A DNA stretch of 64,000 nt from Cenococcum geophilum (taxonomy: Eukaryota): contig CP158635.1 in the NCBI GenBank assembly GCA_050273025.1, positions 14,384,001-14,448,000 on the forward strand, given 5' to 3'. Of the stretch, positions 27,050 through 39,347 are shown in pieces (position 1 is the first letter of the stretch; every line of letters begins with the position of its first letter). Both the position numbers and the translations under genes were made by a program. Under the pieces are notes generated by a model, which was given only the letters and a program-made list of their open reading frames with translations, was not told where the DNA came from and did no database searches.

Positions 27050-27992
27050 ATGCGCTCCCTCCGCACCATCGCGGGCTCCCTCCTCCTCGCCGCCATACGC
27101 CCCTACGGCATTGCCATCATCGACTGGTCCATGCACCGCAAGATGCGCAGGCGACAAGAGCGAAAGGAAAGATGGCAGGCCAAAGGCAGAGCAACCTGGA
27201 ACGCGCGCCTCCCCCCAGCTCGTTCTACAGAAAAAGATTATCTCGACGTCGTCGGAGGAGGAGGAGTAGATGTGTCGACCCAGCAGCAATCCTCCTTCTT
27301 CACAAAGCTACCTCTAGAAATCCGACGACTCATTTATGCGTATGCTTTGGGCGGAGAGCAGCTCCAGCTCGAAGTTGTTGACGAATTTATTGACGAAAAG
27401 ATGTATGAGAAAGCGCCTTTTAGGCTGAGATGCCCTTCGGCACAACGGCTCTTGGCTTTTCCGAAATCGTGCAAGATGGTGTATGTACATACCTATCTCT
27501 TTTTCTTTAAAATTTTAAGAATTGGTTAGTTGACTGAACTCTAGATACGAGGAAGCAGTGCAATTCATTTACACCTCCAACACATTCCTAATCCCCAACA
27601 TCACAGCATATTTCTGCCTCCAACGCCTCCTCCCCACCCACTCCTTCCAAGCCATCCAGTCCATCCATCTAAATTGGGCACACCCCGAAGCCCGCGAGAT
27701 GTTCGATTTCCTCGACGGCATTCCTCCCTACGATGTCTCATCTTGGAATCAAACCTGGCAGGAGATTTCGAAGATGAAAGGGTTGAAGTACGTGAGGGTC
27801 AACATGGTGATTTACGCGCCGGATGTCAAGCCCGCGTACGAGGAGCTTTTGTTTTCCTCGTTGGCGGCTGTGCAAGGGGTGGAGAAGATTGAGGCGCGCG
27901 TCAGTTGGGAGGAGGATGGTCAGCCCAACGAGGATAGGGGAAGGGTGTGGCCGTTTACTGTGAGGACTAGACTGTGGGGGTTGAAGAACTAA
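27050..27992 (+). CDS. Fungal-specific hypothetical protein with an F-box-like motif, 2 exons
   Basis: QQQSSFFTKLPLEIRRLIYAYALGG...LLAFPKSCKMV/YEEAVQFIYTSNTF. Intron 27481-27544 (GTATGT...TAG) joins the two ORF-track pieces in frame. Confidence 0.75.
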
Positions 27993-28140
27993 GTATGTAG
28001 CCACTATGGATGGTTGGAGTATTTACGGAGTGGGATTCAAAGATTGAAGTATTGGTATCAGTATTTCAATGACGTCGGAGTTACCGCATCTAGTAGGTTC
28101 TATTCGCGAGTAGCATCGCCGTATCTATCAATCCCATTTA

Positions 28141-28918
28141 ACGTGGTACTCGTGGCACCCACTAGTAAGCAGCGCTTACTAGTGGTCCCGGGCTCAATGC
28201 AACAACCGAGCTCAATGCAACTTTTATATTTGTATGGCGTCTCATACAAAATCAACCTTTTTCCAAGTTGAATAACTCAACAACAACGCTATAATAAATT
28301 ATTAAATATATATACTTCTTTTTTTTATACCTAAATAAGTATAAAGAAACTTAATTTTAATATTAATTTTCTATTTTATAGAAGTTTTAGTATTTACTGG
28401 CCTTAAATAAAATATAATAATAAAAAGTATAGAAATACAATAAATACAATAAATATCAGCTTTAAATAAGTTATATTATTGATTTTTAAAGGATTATATA
28501 TAAGCCTTTAAATTCTTATATAATTTCTATGTAGTATTGTTAAGTTATTCAACTTGGAAAAAGGTCGATTTTGTATGAGACGCCATACAAATATAAAAGT
28601 TGCATTGAGCTCGGTTGTTGCATTGAGCCCGGGACCACTAGTAAGCGCTGCTTACTAGTGGGTGCCACGAGTACACGGGGTTTTGCACGAGCCCTGAGTT
28701 TTGCACGAGCTAGTAGGCCGCTTCCTAATGTAGATGGAACACCAAAATACTGCCAAAATGCCTTAGAAGTGTTGGGTCTTGCACGACCCAACAGCGTGCA
28801 CGACCCAACGGCTACTTCTAAGGCATTTTGGCAGTATTTTGGTGTTCCATCTACATTAGGAAGCGGCCTACTAGCTCGTGCAAAACTCAGGGCTCGTGCA
28901 AAACCCCGTGTACCACGT
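28141..28918. mobile_element. Fot1/pogo-type hairpin MITE, about 250 bp once the nested insert is removed
   Basis: TA-flanked ends ACGTGGTA(C)ACGGGGTTTTGCACGAGC...GCTCGTGCAAAACCCCGTGTACCACGT; about 100-bp near-perfect arms with internal direct repeats GTTTTGCACGAGC x2; left TIR split by the element at 28149-28671. Confidence 0.8.
28149..28671. mobile_element. Tc1/mariner-class MITE, about 137-bp TIRs, TA target duplication
   Basis: CTCGTGGCACCCACTAGTAAGC... at 28149 and its reverse complement ending at 28671; TA at 28147-48 and 28672-73; very AT-rich spacer. Confidence 0.85.
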
Positions 28919-28925
28919 TACATCC

Positions 28926-31900
28926 TGTAAGCTTTGCAGTGCGAAGAATTAAATGAACGACTTGATTGTGAATGTAGCTCTAGAGGCTCTATATATACAC
29001 GAAGAAGGTAGAAGTGATGGGGTAATAGATAGCTGAAATGGGAACGGTAATCTGCCACCAATATTAATCTGCAACCAATATATTAGGTGGCGTTAACGCC
29101 GTCTTGGAGCCTTCCAAGCGGTGATCTTGTGTCTCAGCGCAGTGTCGGTAGTCGGTTACACACCCCCCCAGATTTAACGATGTAGTTAAAGCTGTAGAAC
29201 ATAAAATAAGGGCAGAAGCTATACCAAAATAGGAAATTTAGATACAATTTGAGAGTAGCAAAGGGTAGGGTAATTAAAATGGCATATTGCGAATATTGCG
29301 AATATCGCGGATATTACGGATATCGCGGACATTGCGAATGGAGTCAATTGATCTGATGTCGAATATCCACCAAATTTAATTGCTTTATCCATGCCTCGTG
29401 CTTTTGACGGGGTAAGATCTTGGTAAGGCCGTTGGCAGGCATCTTGTCTGTAGGGACCTATTGGACGTTAATCTTTTTATCTTAGACTTCCTGTCTCAGC
29501 TAGTGCTGATGGACGTCGATATGTCGAAGCTTGGTGTCAAGCTTTGGTGTATTCTGTCTTAGGAGTCGTACGGTCTACATATTGTCGCAGAGCATAGTAA
29601 AATCGCGTTCTAAATTAAAGCCTATTGCTTTAAAGAATCGTTGCCACCAGATAATTTTAACGGCAGTAATAGATAGGGAAAGAAGCTCTACTTCGGTAGT
29701 TGAGCGTGTAACAGATCGCTATAGGGTTGCTTTCCAATTAATTAGTCCTCCAAATAGGGTAAATAGATATCATTAAGAGCTCCATCTAGTTTCTGTATAG
29801 TCCGCAAATGCTGCGTCGGATGCTCCGTAAAAGGTGACGTCTTCTCCTTTAGGGTTTCTGAAGTAGACGTGGGCTCTAAATACTTCGCCAGAGTATTTAA
29901 TAGCTATAGATTTTGTTCTAAGACAGTAAGCAATAGCTTAGTTTACTGCGTCAAGGTGTTGTTAATTTAGATTAGTAAGGAATTCGGCTAGCTTAGAATG
30001 CGTCTTAGCAATATTAGGTCTTTTAAATACGGCAAGGTGTGTAAGTGACCCTACTCGTTTCTGGTAGGCTAGGGTTCTTTAAGAGTTCGTCTGCTAGTTA
30101 GACGGAATTAGTTCTTCGGCAGGAAGTGGTAACTTAGGAAATCTTTCTGGTGGTTAAATATTGAATTAATTGGCTATCTTTTCGATATAGGAGTCTTGGC
30201 AAAGCTAGAGCTTCCTACTTGCTCAATCTCGACTGATTTGAATACCTAGGAACTACTGTAGGTCTCCTAGTGCACGGATCTCGTATCGGTGCAGCAATTT
30301 TGCTTTAAATTCTTTAAGTCTTAAAAGGTCCTTTTTGGCAAATAGGACGGCTATATCGTCTATATAGAAGAAGATAATAAGTCGTCTATCGGTAAATAGG
30401 TAGTTGGTACCTGGGATAAGCTTTAATCCAAATTTAGACAGTGTATTGGTAAGCTCTTTGTACTAAAGTAGTGGTGAGATTTTTAATCTATATAGCGCCA
30501 TAAGTAGCTTTAGGATATGTCCGTTTTGATTAAATCCTTCTAGGCAGTAGTAGTAGATTGGTTTACTAAGCTTGGCGTTTATAAATGCGTTTACAGCGTT
30601 ATACTGTCGAATTTCTAGGTCGAATGCGGCTGCTATAGCTATGAGAGTATGGAATATTCGAGCAGCTAGGGTTGCTGCATAGGTCTCTTCTTTAGTGATT
30701 TATAGGTCTCCGCGGATATATAGTTAAGCTTTAAGCTTTTAAAGGTAACCGTCGCTGTCGAGCTTATATTTGAAGACCTATTTTAGTAGAAGGATCTGCT
30801 CGTTACCTGCTTCTGCTTTTGGTACAGTCTTAAATGTCCCTCAGCGTTTTAGGTTATTGTATTCTTTTTCTATAGCCTTTTAAAAGCTAGTAGTTAAAGG
30901 GTGCTTTCTTAGATCTTTAAGATTCTTTAGTTTAAGAGAAAGGTTGTCCTAATGTAGAGATGAGGATCTAGTTCGGTTAATGTCCTTTACTAGTCCTGTG
31001 GCAAATCTAGCGTAGTAACTAAATAGGGTAGATAGATTGGTTAGTGCTGCTGTATATGCTTAACGTCGAATTCGTTTTGATCCTTCTGGTAGGATAAGGT
31101 TGGTAGAAGGTTTGGCCGAGACTTTGTTAGCTCGTAAAGCTATATTGGTTGCTCTATTAGATAGTTCTAGAGAGGTTAACTAGGTAGGAATTGTTTTAAT
31201 TATATCTAGGATGTCGTCTTAAAGTCCTTATAGTGAGGTGTTCAATTTTAGTAAATCTGGAGATACCGTTCTACTAGGTGTCGGTAACTGTTTAGTATCC
31301 TTCGTATAAGGCTCTGCCGCATCGTTTAATTTAGGTATAGTCGTTTATTCTACATTTAAGGTAGGTCTATATAGGACAGATTTATCCTTAGACTTATCCT
31401 TATGGAGAGGTTCTAGTAGACTGATCGTCTAAATAGTGTCCTCTAATGCTTCCCTTAGCAGGTAGTCGATGTCTTAACCCTTAGGGTCATAAAACGAGGT
31501 CTCGTCAAATGTGACGTCTCTAGTTCGAATGACCTTGCGGAGACTCGGAATCCAGATTCGATAGATATTGGTTGAATTGTAGCTGACCAGGTGTCTAATT
31601 AATGCATAAGGAGCTAGTTTATCTCCCCTTTTAATTCGTTTGTCTAGTGTATAGATTTTGCAGCCATATACGTGCATATAGGTAAGTGACGGTGGCTTAC
31701 CGTAGGCGATCTCGTACGGAGTTTTCCATCCTAGTTGCTTATTTAGGGTTTAATTAAGTGCGTAGCTAGCAGTAAGGAAAGCCTCTGGTCCTAGAGATGG
31801 GGGTAAGGATGCTTCTAGCTGTATAGCCCTTAATTAATCCATAAGGGTTCGTCCAGATCGTTCAGCTTTGCTATTTTGTTCTTTTATATACGGGGCTCGG

Positions 31901-32101
31901 CATTCAAAAGTAATGCCTTCGTCTGCGTACCATATATTTAAGGTGTCTCCTATTTATCCAAAAGCTTATTCATCGTCGCTCTAGAAAAAGATCACGTCTT
32001 AGTGGAATTGTATTTTAATTAAACAGTAGGTCTTGCGGATGGTAGGTAGGACAGTAGCTTTGTCCTTATTCTTGGCGGTAAATACAAAATTGAATTTAGA
32101 A
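28926..32101 (-). mobile_element. RIP-mutated Ty1/Copia retrotransposon, 3' half (integrase, RT, RNase H, PPT, 3' LTR 28926-29160)
   Basis: Minus-strand motifs EQNSKAERSGRTL (integrase), KVIRTRDVTFDE, FYIDDIAV (RT), SDAAFAD...STTEVELL (RNase H), HIDV, MPANGLTK. G-rich PPT abuts a TG...CA LTR; many RIP-type stop codons. Confidence 0.92.
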
Positions 32102-32103
32102 TA

Positions 32104-32726
32104 ACGTCTTAGCCACCTAGACGAGACAGCCACCCACCTAAGACAGTGCACGGACCTCCTACGAAAATCAAAATCAATTTGATATTAAAATCGACCCTAA
32201 AATCAACCCCAAAGTCAACCTAAATCTACCCTATTATATAAATACACTATAATCCATTAGTAGTTCCTTCCAACCCTTCTTTACAAAGGTAATAACCCCC
32301 TATAATGCAGCCTTCCTTTCCTTTACCCTCTTCTCTTCCTGTTCCTTTTGAAGCTTTTCGTCGTTCTTCTTCTATGCCTCTGCTACTAATAAAACTCGTG
32401 CCTTCCTATAGGCAGCTCTTGTCTTACTAATACGCTCCTTCTTCTGTCTTTTAAGAAGCTCCTAATTTGTTCGCTTGAGGATTATATTATTAGCTACCGT
32501 ACTTAATATAAACTGCCGAATATTATGTATAACTTGAGAACGTAGGGGTGATGTACCTTGTAAGAGCTGCCCAAATATTTTAGTAAGTCTCTCCTCTATG
32601 GAAAGAGACACGGGTATATTAAATTTGTGGCTATTTTTGTCTGTAAAGCTTATACAGGAAGGAGTTGTTAGCTAAATCTTTTTTAAAACAACCGAAGGGT
32701 TAAACGGTAGAAGGCCAGTTGCCCGC
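32104..32726 (-). mobile_element. 3' end of a Fot1/pogo DNA transposon inserted into the Copia integrase region
   Basis: TA followed by an ACGT-starting TIR with internal direct repeats at 32104; minus-strand RATGLLPFNPSVVLKKI motif typical of Fot1 transposases downstream of the DDE domain. Confidence 0.75.
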
Positions 32727-34510
32727 TATCACGGCACTGACCTAACGCATACTGTTTCATACTGTCTCATACTATTTCCTATTATTGGCTGGCCCACCAC
32801 TAGTGACTTGGCGGCCGGCCCTACTATTTATATACAATACCCCCTTTCCACCTTCTTCCCCTCTTTATACCACAACGTAGTTATTCAGTCTACTTTATTG
32901 CAGCACTGTAACAGTTTATGGTATCTCCAATTTGCGCCCCGTCGCGATTACTAATTCCCTATACCCCAGCCAATTGACCTCCGCCCTAGAGCAATCGCGA
33001 CCTACGCGCGCCTCTGCTAAAACCGACACATCCCCAGCACAATCCTAAAACAATCCTTAGTTTTTACCTAGCGCCTAGATGGGCGATATTAATAACGCCA
33101 AAATGGCCGAAACCTAGAACCCCCGCGACGTTTTTATAGACCTCTTTATAAAGATATACCCTAATATCGCATAGACAATCCACCGCTCCCCACTGTACCC
33201 TAAGACCTTTAAGCCTAGTAAAGCTTACCTTACCCTTATTAACTATACTAACGAGTTCCTTAATAATATTAAAGTAGGACTATAGTATATATATAATATA
33301 AATACCGCTAATAAGAAAGCTAATAAAAACCTTAGCGCCCTTATCACTTCCTAAATAGGAACTATTAACTCCTAAGTAGAGACTATCGCCGTTCTAAAAT
33401 AATTAACCCCTATAATAATAGTAGTAACCTAGCAAAAAAAACGGAGATCTAAAGACCCGCCAATATTTAGCGGAAAAGGCACCCCGCTAGAATAATAAGC
33501 TAATTTTAAGACCTGGTATATTAAGATTAAGGGAGTTTTTAACTAGGACTAGGACTACTTTAATACAGTTTAGTCCTAAATCCTTTACATCTTAGATATG
33601 CTAGAGGATAAAGCCTATAAGTTTATTAAGTAGGGCCTAGAGCTTATATATAAGAACCCAAACAATATATTTACGTAGAAATGGCCCGTTAAGGAAGATA
33701 TACTTAAAGACCTTACCGCCTACTATAAGGTCCTTAATATAACCTAGGTCGCAAAGAATAAACTTAACTATTTCCCCTAGGGCGAGCGTAATTACTAGTC
33801 CTAAAAGGGAGAGCTTAATAAGCTAATAGTCCGCGCTAAGAAGATAAACAAATAGAAGGTAGACCTACTTTAAAAGTTTATCTCTCTAAAGATAGAAGAG
33901 CTAGTACTTAGACTTGCCTATAAAATTAACAACAGCGACTATATAAGTTAGAGTAAGTAGATAAATATGTTTACTAAAAACCTTATAAACTATATACACT
34001 AAGCCAACCTTAAGAAGAATACTAACCACCACCTACCTGCCTAAGCCCCTACCCCTATATTAACCCCGACCCTAATAGTAACTAGAGAACCTATAGACCT
34101 TAATAAAATCTTAGATATAGAGCGTAAGTACCGCGTTAATAATAGATTATACTTTACCTGTAGCCTACCTAGCCACTAGAAGGACGCCTATAACCCTACT
34201 AAGACAGTAAACCTAGTTCTAATGCTACCCTATTAAATAACGCAAACTAATAACCGCAGACGCGGCGACCATAGAGTCTATTATAGACGCGGCGACCGCA
34301 AAGCCTATTATAGCCGTAGTAGATAACCCCCCCCCTTTAACCCTACGGCTTAGTTACTCTAAACTATACCCTATATAGGAGCCTAACCCGTTAATAACGC
34401 CTAGTATTAGTAACTCCGCGCTAGCGAATACGAACACGGCTATATTATTAGCGAGGTATTTTCTTCCTATACCCTAACCGAGACTAAAACCCATACCGCC
34501 AGCTAGACGG
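32727..34510 (+). mobile_element. RIP-mutated Ty3/Gypsy 5' fragment (LTR 32727-32913 plus gag)
   Basis: LTR TATCAC...GTAACA (RIP-altered TGTCAC/GTGACA); gag motifs KDPPIFSGK and EPIDLN...NNRLYFTCSLPSH (degenerate PMDLD plus CCHC knuckle). Truncated near 34510. Confidence 0.8.
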
Positions 34511-34872
34511 ACACTGGAAGAAGTTTTTAACACCTTGAAATGCATTCTCCACATCGCTTTCATAAGACAGTTTACGTTTTGAATACCCGGCAACAACTTA
34601 TGAAATAAGTTTTAAAATTGATTTTCCTTCTCATCTGAAGTCTGTACTCATCAAGACCCCGTTCACAGTTGATAATTTTGTGAATGTTAAGATTTCCACC
34701 TTTGTAAGTTTTCCGTGAGGCATTGAAAATATACTCAATCTTTCGCAAAAGTCAAAAGCCTCTTTGACAAAAGGCGCTCTTTATAAGTCCACGAACGTGT
34801 CCCAGACACATGAATTTACCGAATTCCGAAACTCCGGCTGAGAATTTCCGATTACTAGTCCGTGGACATCAA

Positions 34873-35177
34873 CAGGGTTGTTAATCAATCACCCTGGTTT
34901 CAATATTGAATTGAATTGATTGATAATATTGAAACTTTTAATATTATATAGAAAAATGCTGAACATAACATATAATAACGCTCTGAACCTTATTTTTCTT
35001 AGTCCTCCTCCGTCAACACCATGCCAAGACTCGCGACAATTTCTGACTACTACGTAGTTGCAATTAGTTGTAATCGTTTCAATATTGAATCAATTAACTG
35101 AGCCTTCCGCTTACAAAGCTTTCAATTCAATCGATTTGAGGCCTCAATTAAATTGAATTGACTGATTTACAAGCCTG
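34873..35177. mobile_element. hAT-type MITE inside the HET pseudogene
   Basis: 19-bp imperfect TIRs (CAGGGTTGTTAATCAATCA / TGACTGATTTACAAGCCTG); 8-bp target duplication GACATCAA / GACATCGA; subterminal CAATATTGAA/AATTGA repeats. Confidence 0.75.
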
Positions 35178-35523
35178 GACATCGAAAAGAAGCAATGGTA
35201 ACTGCAATCTGTCCGGCGCAGTGCCAAACAGTCCAACACTATCATTACTTCCAGCCGCAGCAACGATACAAGACGGCACCACGGTATATTGACTCCATCG
35301 TTTTGAATTTTCTCATGCTTGTTTTGAGTGTCCTGCATTATACAAAGCGAATTCACCGACAGCCAGCGTAGGCCCAACTCCTTACAAACGCAAATTACAT
35401 CCGCAATTGTCCTTGGGGAGACTGTCCAAATTGATACCCCCGTCTTGTCGCAGCCTGGGTTCATTGAAGCTCGTTAATTGCTCCGACATGGCACCTTTGG
35501 AACTCGGGACTTCTGTGGAAATC

Positions 35524-35757
35524 TGTAACCGACTACTGGTGCTCTGATGAGCCTACCCTTGACTCACTCAACGACTCGCTCACCTTGACTCGTTCACCGA
35601 CTCGAGCCACCGACTCGACCACTGACTCGGTCGATGACTCGGTCAATCCCTTTCTTATCTCATTATCTATACCTTCCTCATGTATATATATAGACCCTTT
35701 AGACCTCCATTTACAATCAAGTCGCTCGTTCAATTCCCACACACTGCAAAGCTTACA
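35524..35757 (+). mobile_element. Solo LTR of a Copia family related to the element at 28926
   Basis: TGTAACCGACTAC...CTGCAAAGCTTACA with perfect 5-bp target duplication AAATC; both ends match the reverse complement of LTR 28926-29160. Confidence 0.9.
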
Positions 35758-37400
35758 AAATCTCCTTTTGCCTCCAACCATAACCGAGACTAGCATATCT
35801 GCAATTTTTTGGAGCCTGGGTAATGCGGAATCGCTGTGCATCTACAACATCAGATGATAAATACAGTCCTTGATACACGTCTTTCGGGACAAGCTCCTGT
35901 GAATGATGTTGCTGCTCAGCGTAACTTATGGCTTCTTCGCAAGTATCTAGCTAAGAGCTGTGCTTCTAGAACTTAGTATATCGTGTCACCCTTGCCGAGT
36001 ATTCCGAGATTATGCAGCTTGGTTCATCTGTTTGAACGGATTTCTTGCTATTTTTTACGGGGACAGGAGAGGGACTACGCGTTCCGGTGGTCTCTTTAAA
36101 AGTTTGAAGTTGGTAGAGGCATTGGATCCTGTCATCCTTTGGCTCTTGATAGACTCGTATTGTGGGTTTAGGTCGGAGGGGAGATTGGAATTGCCAGAGC
36201 CGAGACTCTTTATCTGCGGGCTGCTCTTGTCGTCGAAGCTGGGTATTGGAAGGAGCTCACTTTTCACTTTGAAAAATTGTGGGATCAAGTAGCTTAGTGA
36301 CCCCGGACAAGCCAACTCCGGTCTTACATATTCCAAACAAGCTCTCCGCCGTCCGAAGTTGGGGCCAGCCAATGTAACAGCCGCATCCAAAACACTTATG
36401 CTACGTTCGCTACTTGTAACAGTGGCCAACTGGATTTGGTCGGAGTTTGGGGTAACTTCGATTTCATGAGCAAACACTCAGTAGAGTCTTGGAAATTATC
36501 GTCCGACTGATAAACATATAAGGTGTGCGAAACAAGTCGGCAGAAAACGCAGGTTTTTCTTTCCTTGATCTTGCCAAGGTAGCCTAATGAAATACCATTT
36601 GTAAGTGGGCACTTGTTTCCATTTGCTTGAACAAAGATTCCACGTAGAAGGTTTTTGAAGAGGAAACGAAAGTCTAACTGTTGGGAATTGAGGTAAAGGC
36701 ACTCATTATCTAGACTGCGCTTTTCGACTTCAGCCTGGCTTCTGGGCCATGAATAGATCTCTGGCGTAGAACTCTGGGAGGAAGCCAGAAACGACCAGTC
36801 AGCACCTCCACGACTGATATGGATTGGTATGGCTATTTGGGAGGGTTTCAATGGAGGCCCGAGGTAGTCCAAAAGAGAAGTGGTGTTGAAGAGAGACTTT
36901 CATGACCGGGCTGGGCTGGGTTGGGCCGCGTTTGATGTGAAGGCTAGTTCGTGGGCTAATTTGAAGACACCGTTCACGCCAATAGGAGCCATCTCGCGTT
37001 TGTGTGCAACACAGCATTTCACTGCCGTGAACTTAGTACGAAGTGTGAATGCGCTATCGAACGCATCAGAAATTGTTCGTTCCTACTTCATATAATAGTA
37101 TACTTATCAAGTTAGAACATACGGTTCTCATCTTGCCCAAGCTAGCGGCTTTGAAAATCAATTACTTCCTTCCTAAATCCTCATTACAGACCTTCTCGGT
37201 TCCTATATCTTCACGTCCGTCAAATTGTAATGCGATATAACCTCACGCACCGCAATTACGAAGGAGACACCTGAAATCCAATTTGTGATGACGCCATAAT
37301 GCAATGCGGTTTTCAACGCAGTCCATCTCCCAAACCATTATCGTCTCCATGAACACAACCCCTCCAAGTATCAGCAGCCATATCAGTCTATTACCGCAGT

Positions 37401-37975
37401 TTAGACGTTGCAGTAGCTTGAACCGACCTGCGCAAAAGTCGCGTCGACCCTTCCAGATTGTTCCGCATTGCCACCCGTCAAGTCGTTCATGGCGGCCTCG
37501 GCGATGTTGAAGCCCGCTGCAGTATGGTCGATTGCAAGAACATAGATGATCTTGCCATTGAAGGTGAGTGACCAGCAGGTGCCGCACTGTAGCCATGTTA
37601 GCTCCTCATCAGCAATTGAATCTTTGAACAGCGCGTTTTTGCAAAAGAGAGATGACCCACTTGAGCACTGTCCCAACTAGCAACTCCCTCATAGCCGCCA
37701 ATGTATGGGAAGTGTGGGATCTGACCCTGAGTCTGCCAGCCGTACTTGGTGATGAGGCCGTTAGCTCCGTCAGAGCAGGATACATCAGTCAGAGATCGAG
37801 AAGCGTTGTCATAGCCGGTGTCGTAAGATACTGTGAGTTGACATTCGTATCAGAACAAGTTTCGCATGGAGTTGACGAGTTGAGACAAGAGAGACCTACC
37901 CGTAATGGCTTGAGCGGACAGGGCGAGGTAAGAAAACCCGAGGGCTAGGGATGAGAGAACATTGGAAAACTTCAT
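37401..37975 (-). CDS. Cerato-platanin family secreted protein (SnodProt1/Epl1-like), 3 exons
   Basis: Signal peptide [66 protein letters not shown], final Cys; two canonical introns. Confidence 0.93.
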
Positions 37976-39347
37976 GGTGCTGATTTTAGGCGGAAGAGCT
38001 TGAGTTGGCGCTTTTAAAGGTTATTCTCGACTGGAATACTTGGTACTGGCTCTGTTTTCGAGGCAAGCCGTAATGATACCGCGTGGATAGACTGGAATGA
38101 AGATGATGAACCTTCAGAGAAAAACCCATCATTTATACCCCGGCCTCGTTCCATTGTTGTTGAGCAAGCAGCTACCCAGGATGGCCGTGTATCCGTAGAA
38201 AGGGTAGAGATGGGCAGTTACAAGGTAGAGGTAGTATTGAACGTTATTGTCTTGGTGCAGCTGACCGTAGGAAGTGGCAATCCCGTATAGACAGTAAGAG
38301 CCGCGTCGGGGTATAAGCAGGTACGAGGTGTAGTTGTGATTATTTTTGGAAGTTGCAGATGGCAGGGCTATGGAGAGAGACCATTAGAAGAGGCCCGAGG
38401 TTGAGGTCCTGGTTACATTGCCAAGTAGAGCGTGCGCCGGAGCAACCTAGTAATTGTTCGCAAGATCCAGTTGTCTTCGGAAGTAACGGCTAAAGGCCTC
38501 GTAAAGCTCCAATAAATATTTATTCAGGTAGACAGGTACATCTAATCCTAGTAGATGGTGGTGTAAAATGATGTTGTTCACCTGGGTGTCCTGTACGGTG
38601 TTGTATTCGCGGCTCCACACACAGGAATACAACCGTAACACCCTCCGAGAATCGCATCCAGCTCGCCCGAAACAAACTTCCCAAAGCACACAAGCTTTGT
38701 TGGACTCCTCCAGGGCTGGGGAAAAAGCTTGCCCGTCCCGTGTCTTAAGCCGGACTGCAGGGGCGTTCTTCGCTTCTTCTTCACCACCAACATCAGGGGC
38801 ATCATGAAACATGTCTCATCATTTAGTGACATCTACATTCGGTTTCACACCCATCCAAGAAACGTCTTATCCATGCCAATAAGGAACCAAGCTTATGCTC
38901 TACCCCTTGGTGCTTTAACCAGGCACCCGAAGCACATGAGGCAGGGCTTGAAGTGACAAGAGATGCTGGTGGCTAGACTCAAGCGCTGATGGCGTCGACC
39001 CCCAATCACACGACTTGATAGAGCCGCCCTGTTTCGAGGGGAAGACCCCACGATGCTCTAAAGCAGGTGTAGAGCGTCTGTGCTCGCAACACATATCGTC
39101 TCGAAGGTGTTCCGCCATGGCTCGCGCGGCCTGCGCCCTCATGTTCTGGCTCTCAAGGGCAGCAGATGGGCCAGTTTCCTTTTTTCTATATAAGGGAGCT
39201 CTTAGTCTCCAAATCGAGCATCACACCAGGCAGGCCCAGTTCTCATTCTCTAAACATTCGACTTGAACTTCGAAATAATTTCGATTCCTTCATTAATCAA
39301 TCAAATATCCAAATAACTAAAATCAGACTCTCCCACACACCACCATA

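Larger units (their letters stand above)
34512..36872 (-). pseudogene. HET-domain (heterokaryon incompatibility) pseudogene
   Basis: Pieces across frameshifts and insertions: CVFCRL; VVDAQRFRITQAPKNCRYASLGYGW; TIADVICVCKELGLRWLSVNSLCIMQD; WDT..WTYKERLLSKRLLTF...YFQC; YSKRKLSYESDVENAFQG. Start uncertain. Confidence 0.8.

Noticed and set aside
28139..28920. Y/T-shaped fold resembling a parvoviral terminal repeat, or a new composite element class (also 43300-44657)
   Set aside because: TA duplications explain both structures more simply as one MITE inserted into the TIR of another; there is no Rep or capsid gene nearby.
28014..28930. ORF-track peptides duplicated on both strands (also 44108-44311 and 44493-44687)
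   Set aside because: Artefacts of inverted repeats, not genes.
38447..39266. Cluster of short ORFs between cerato-platanin and the cupredoxin-like gene
   Set aside because: No recognisable domain or consistent exon structure; treated as divergent promoter DNA, although a decayed gene cannot be excluded.
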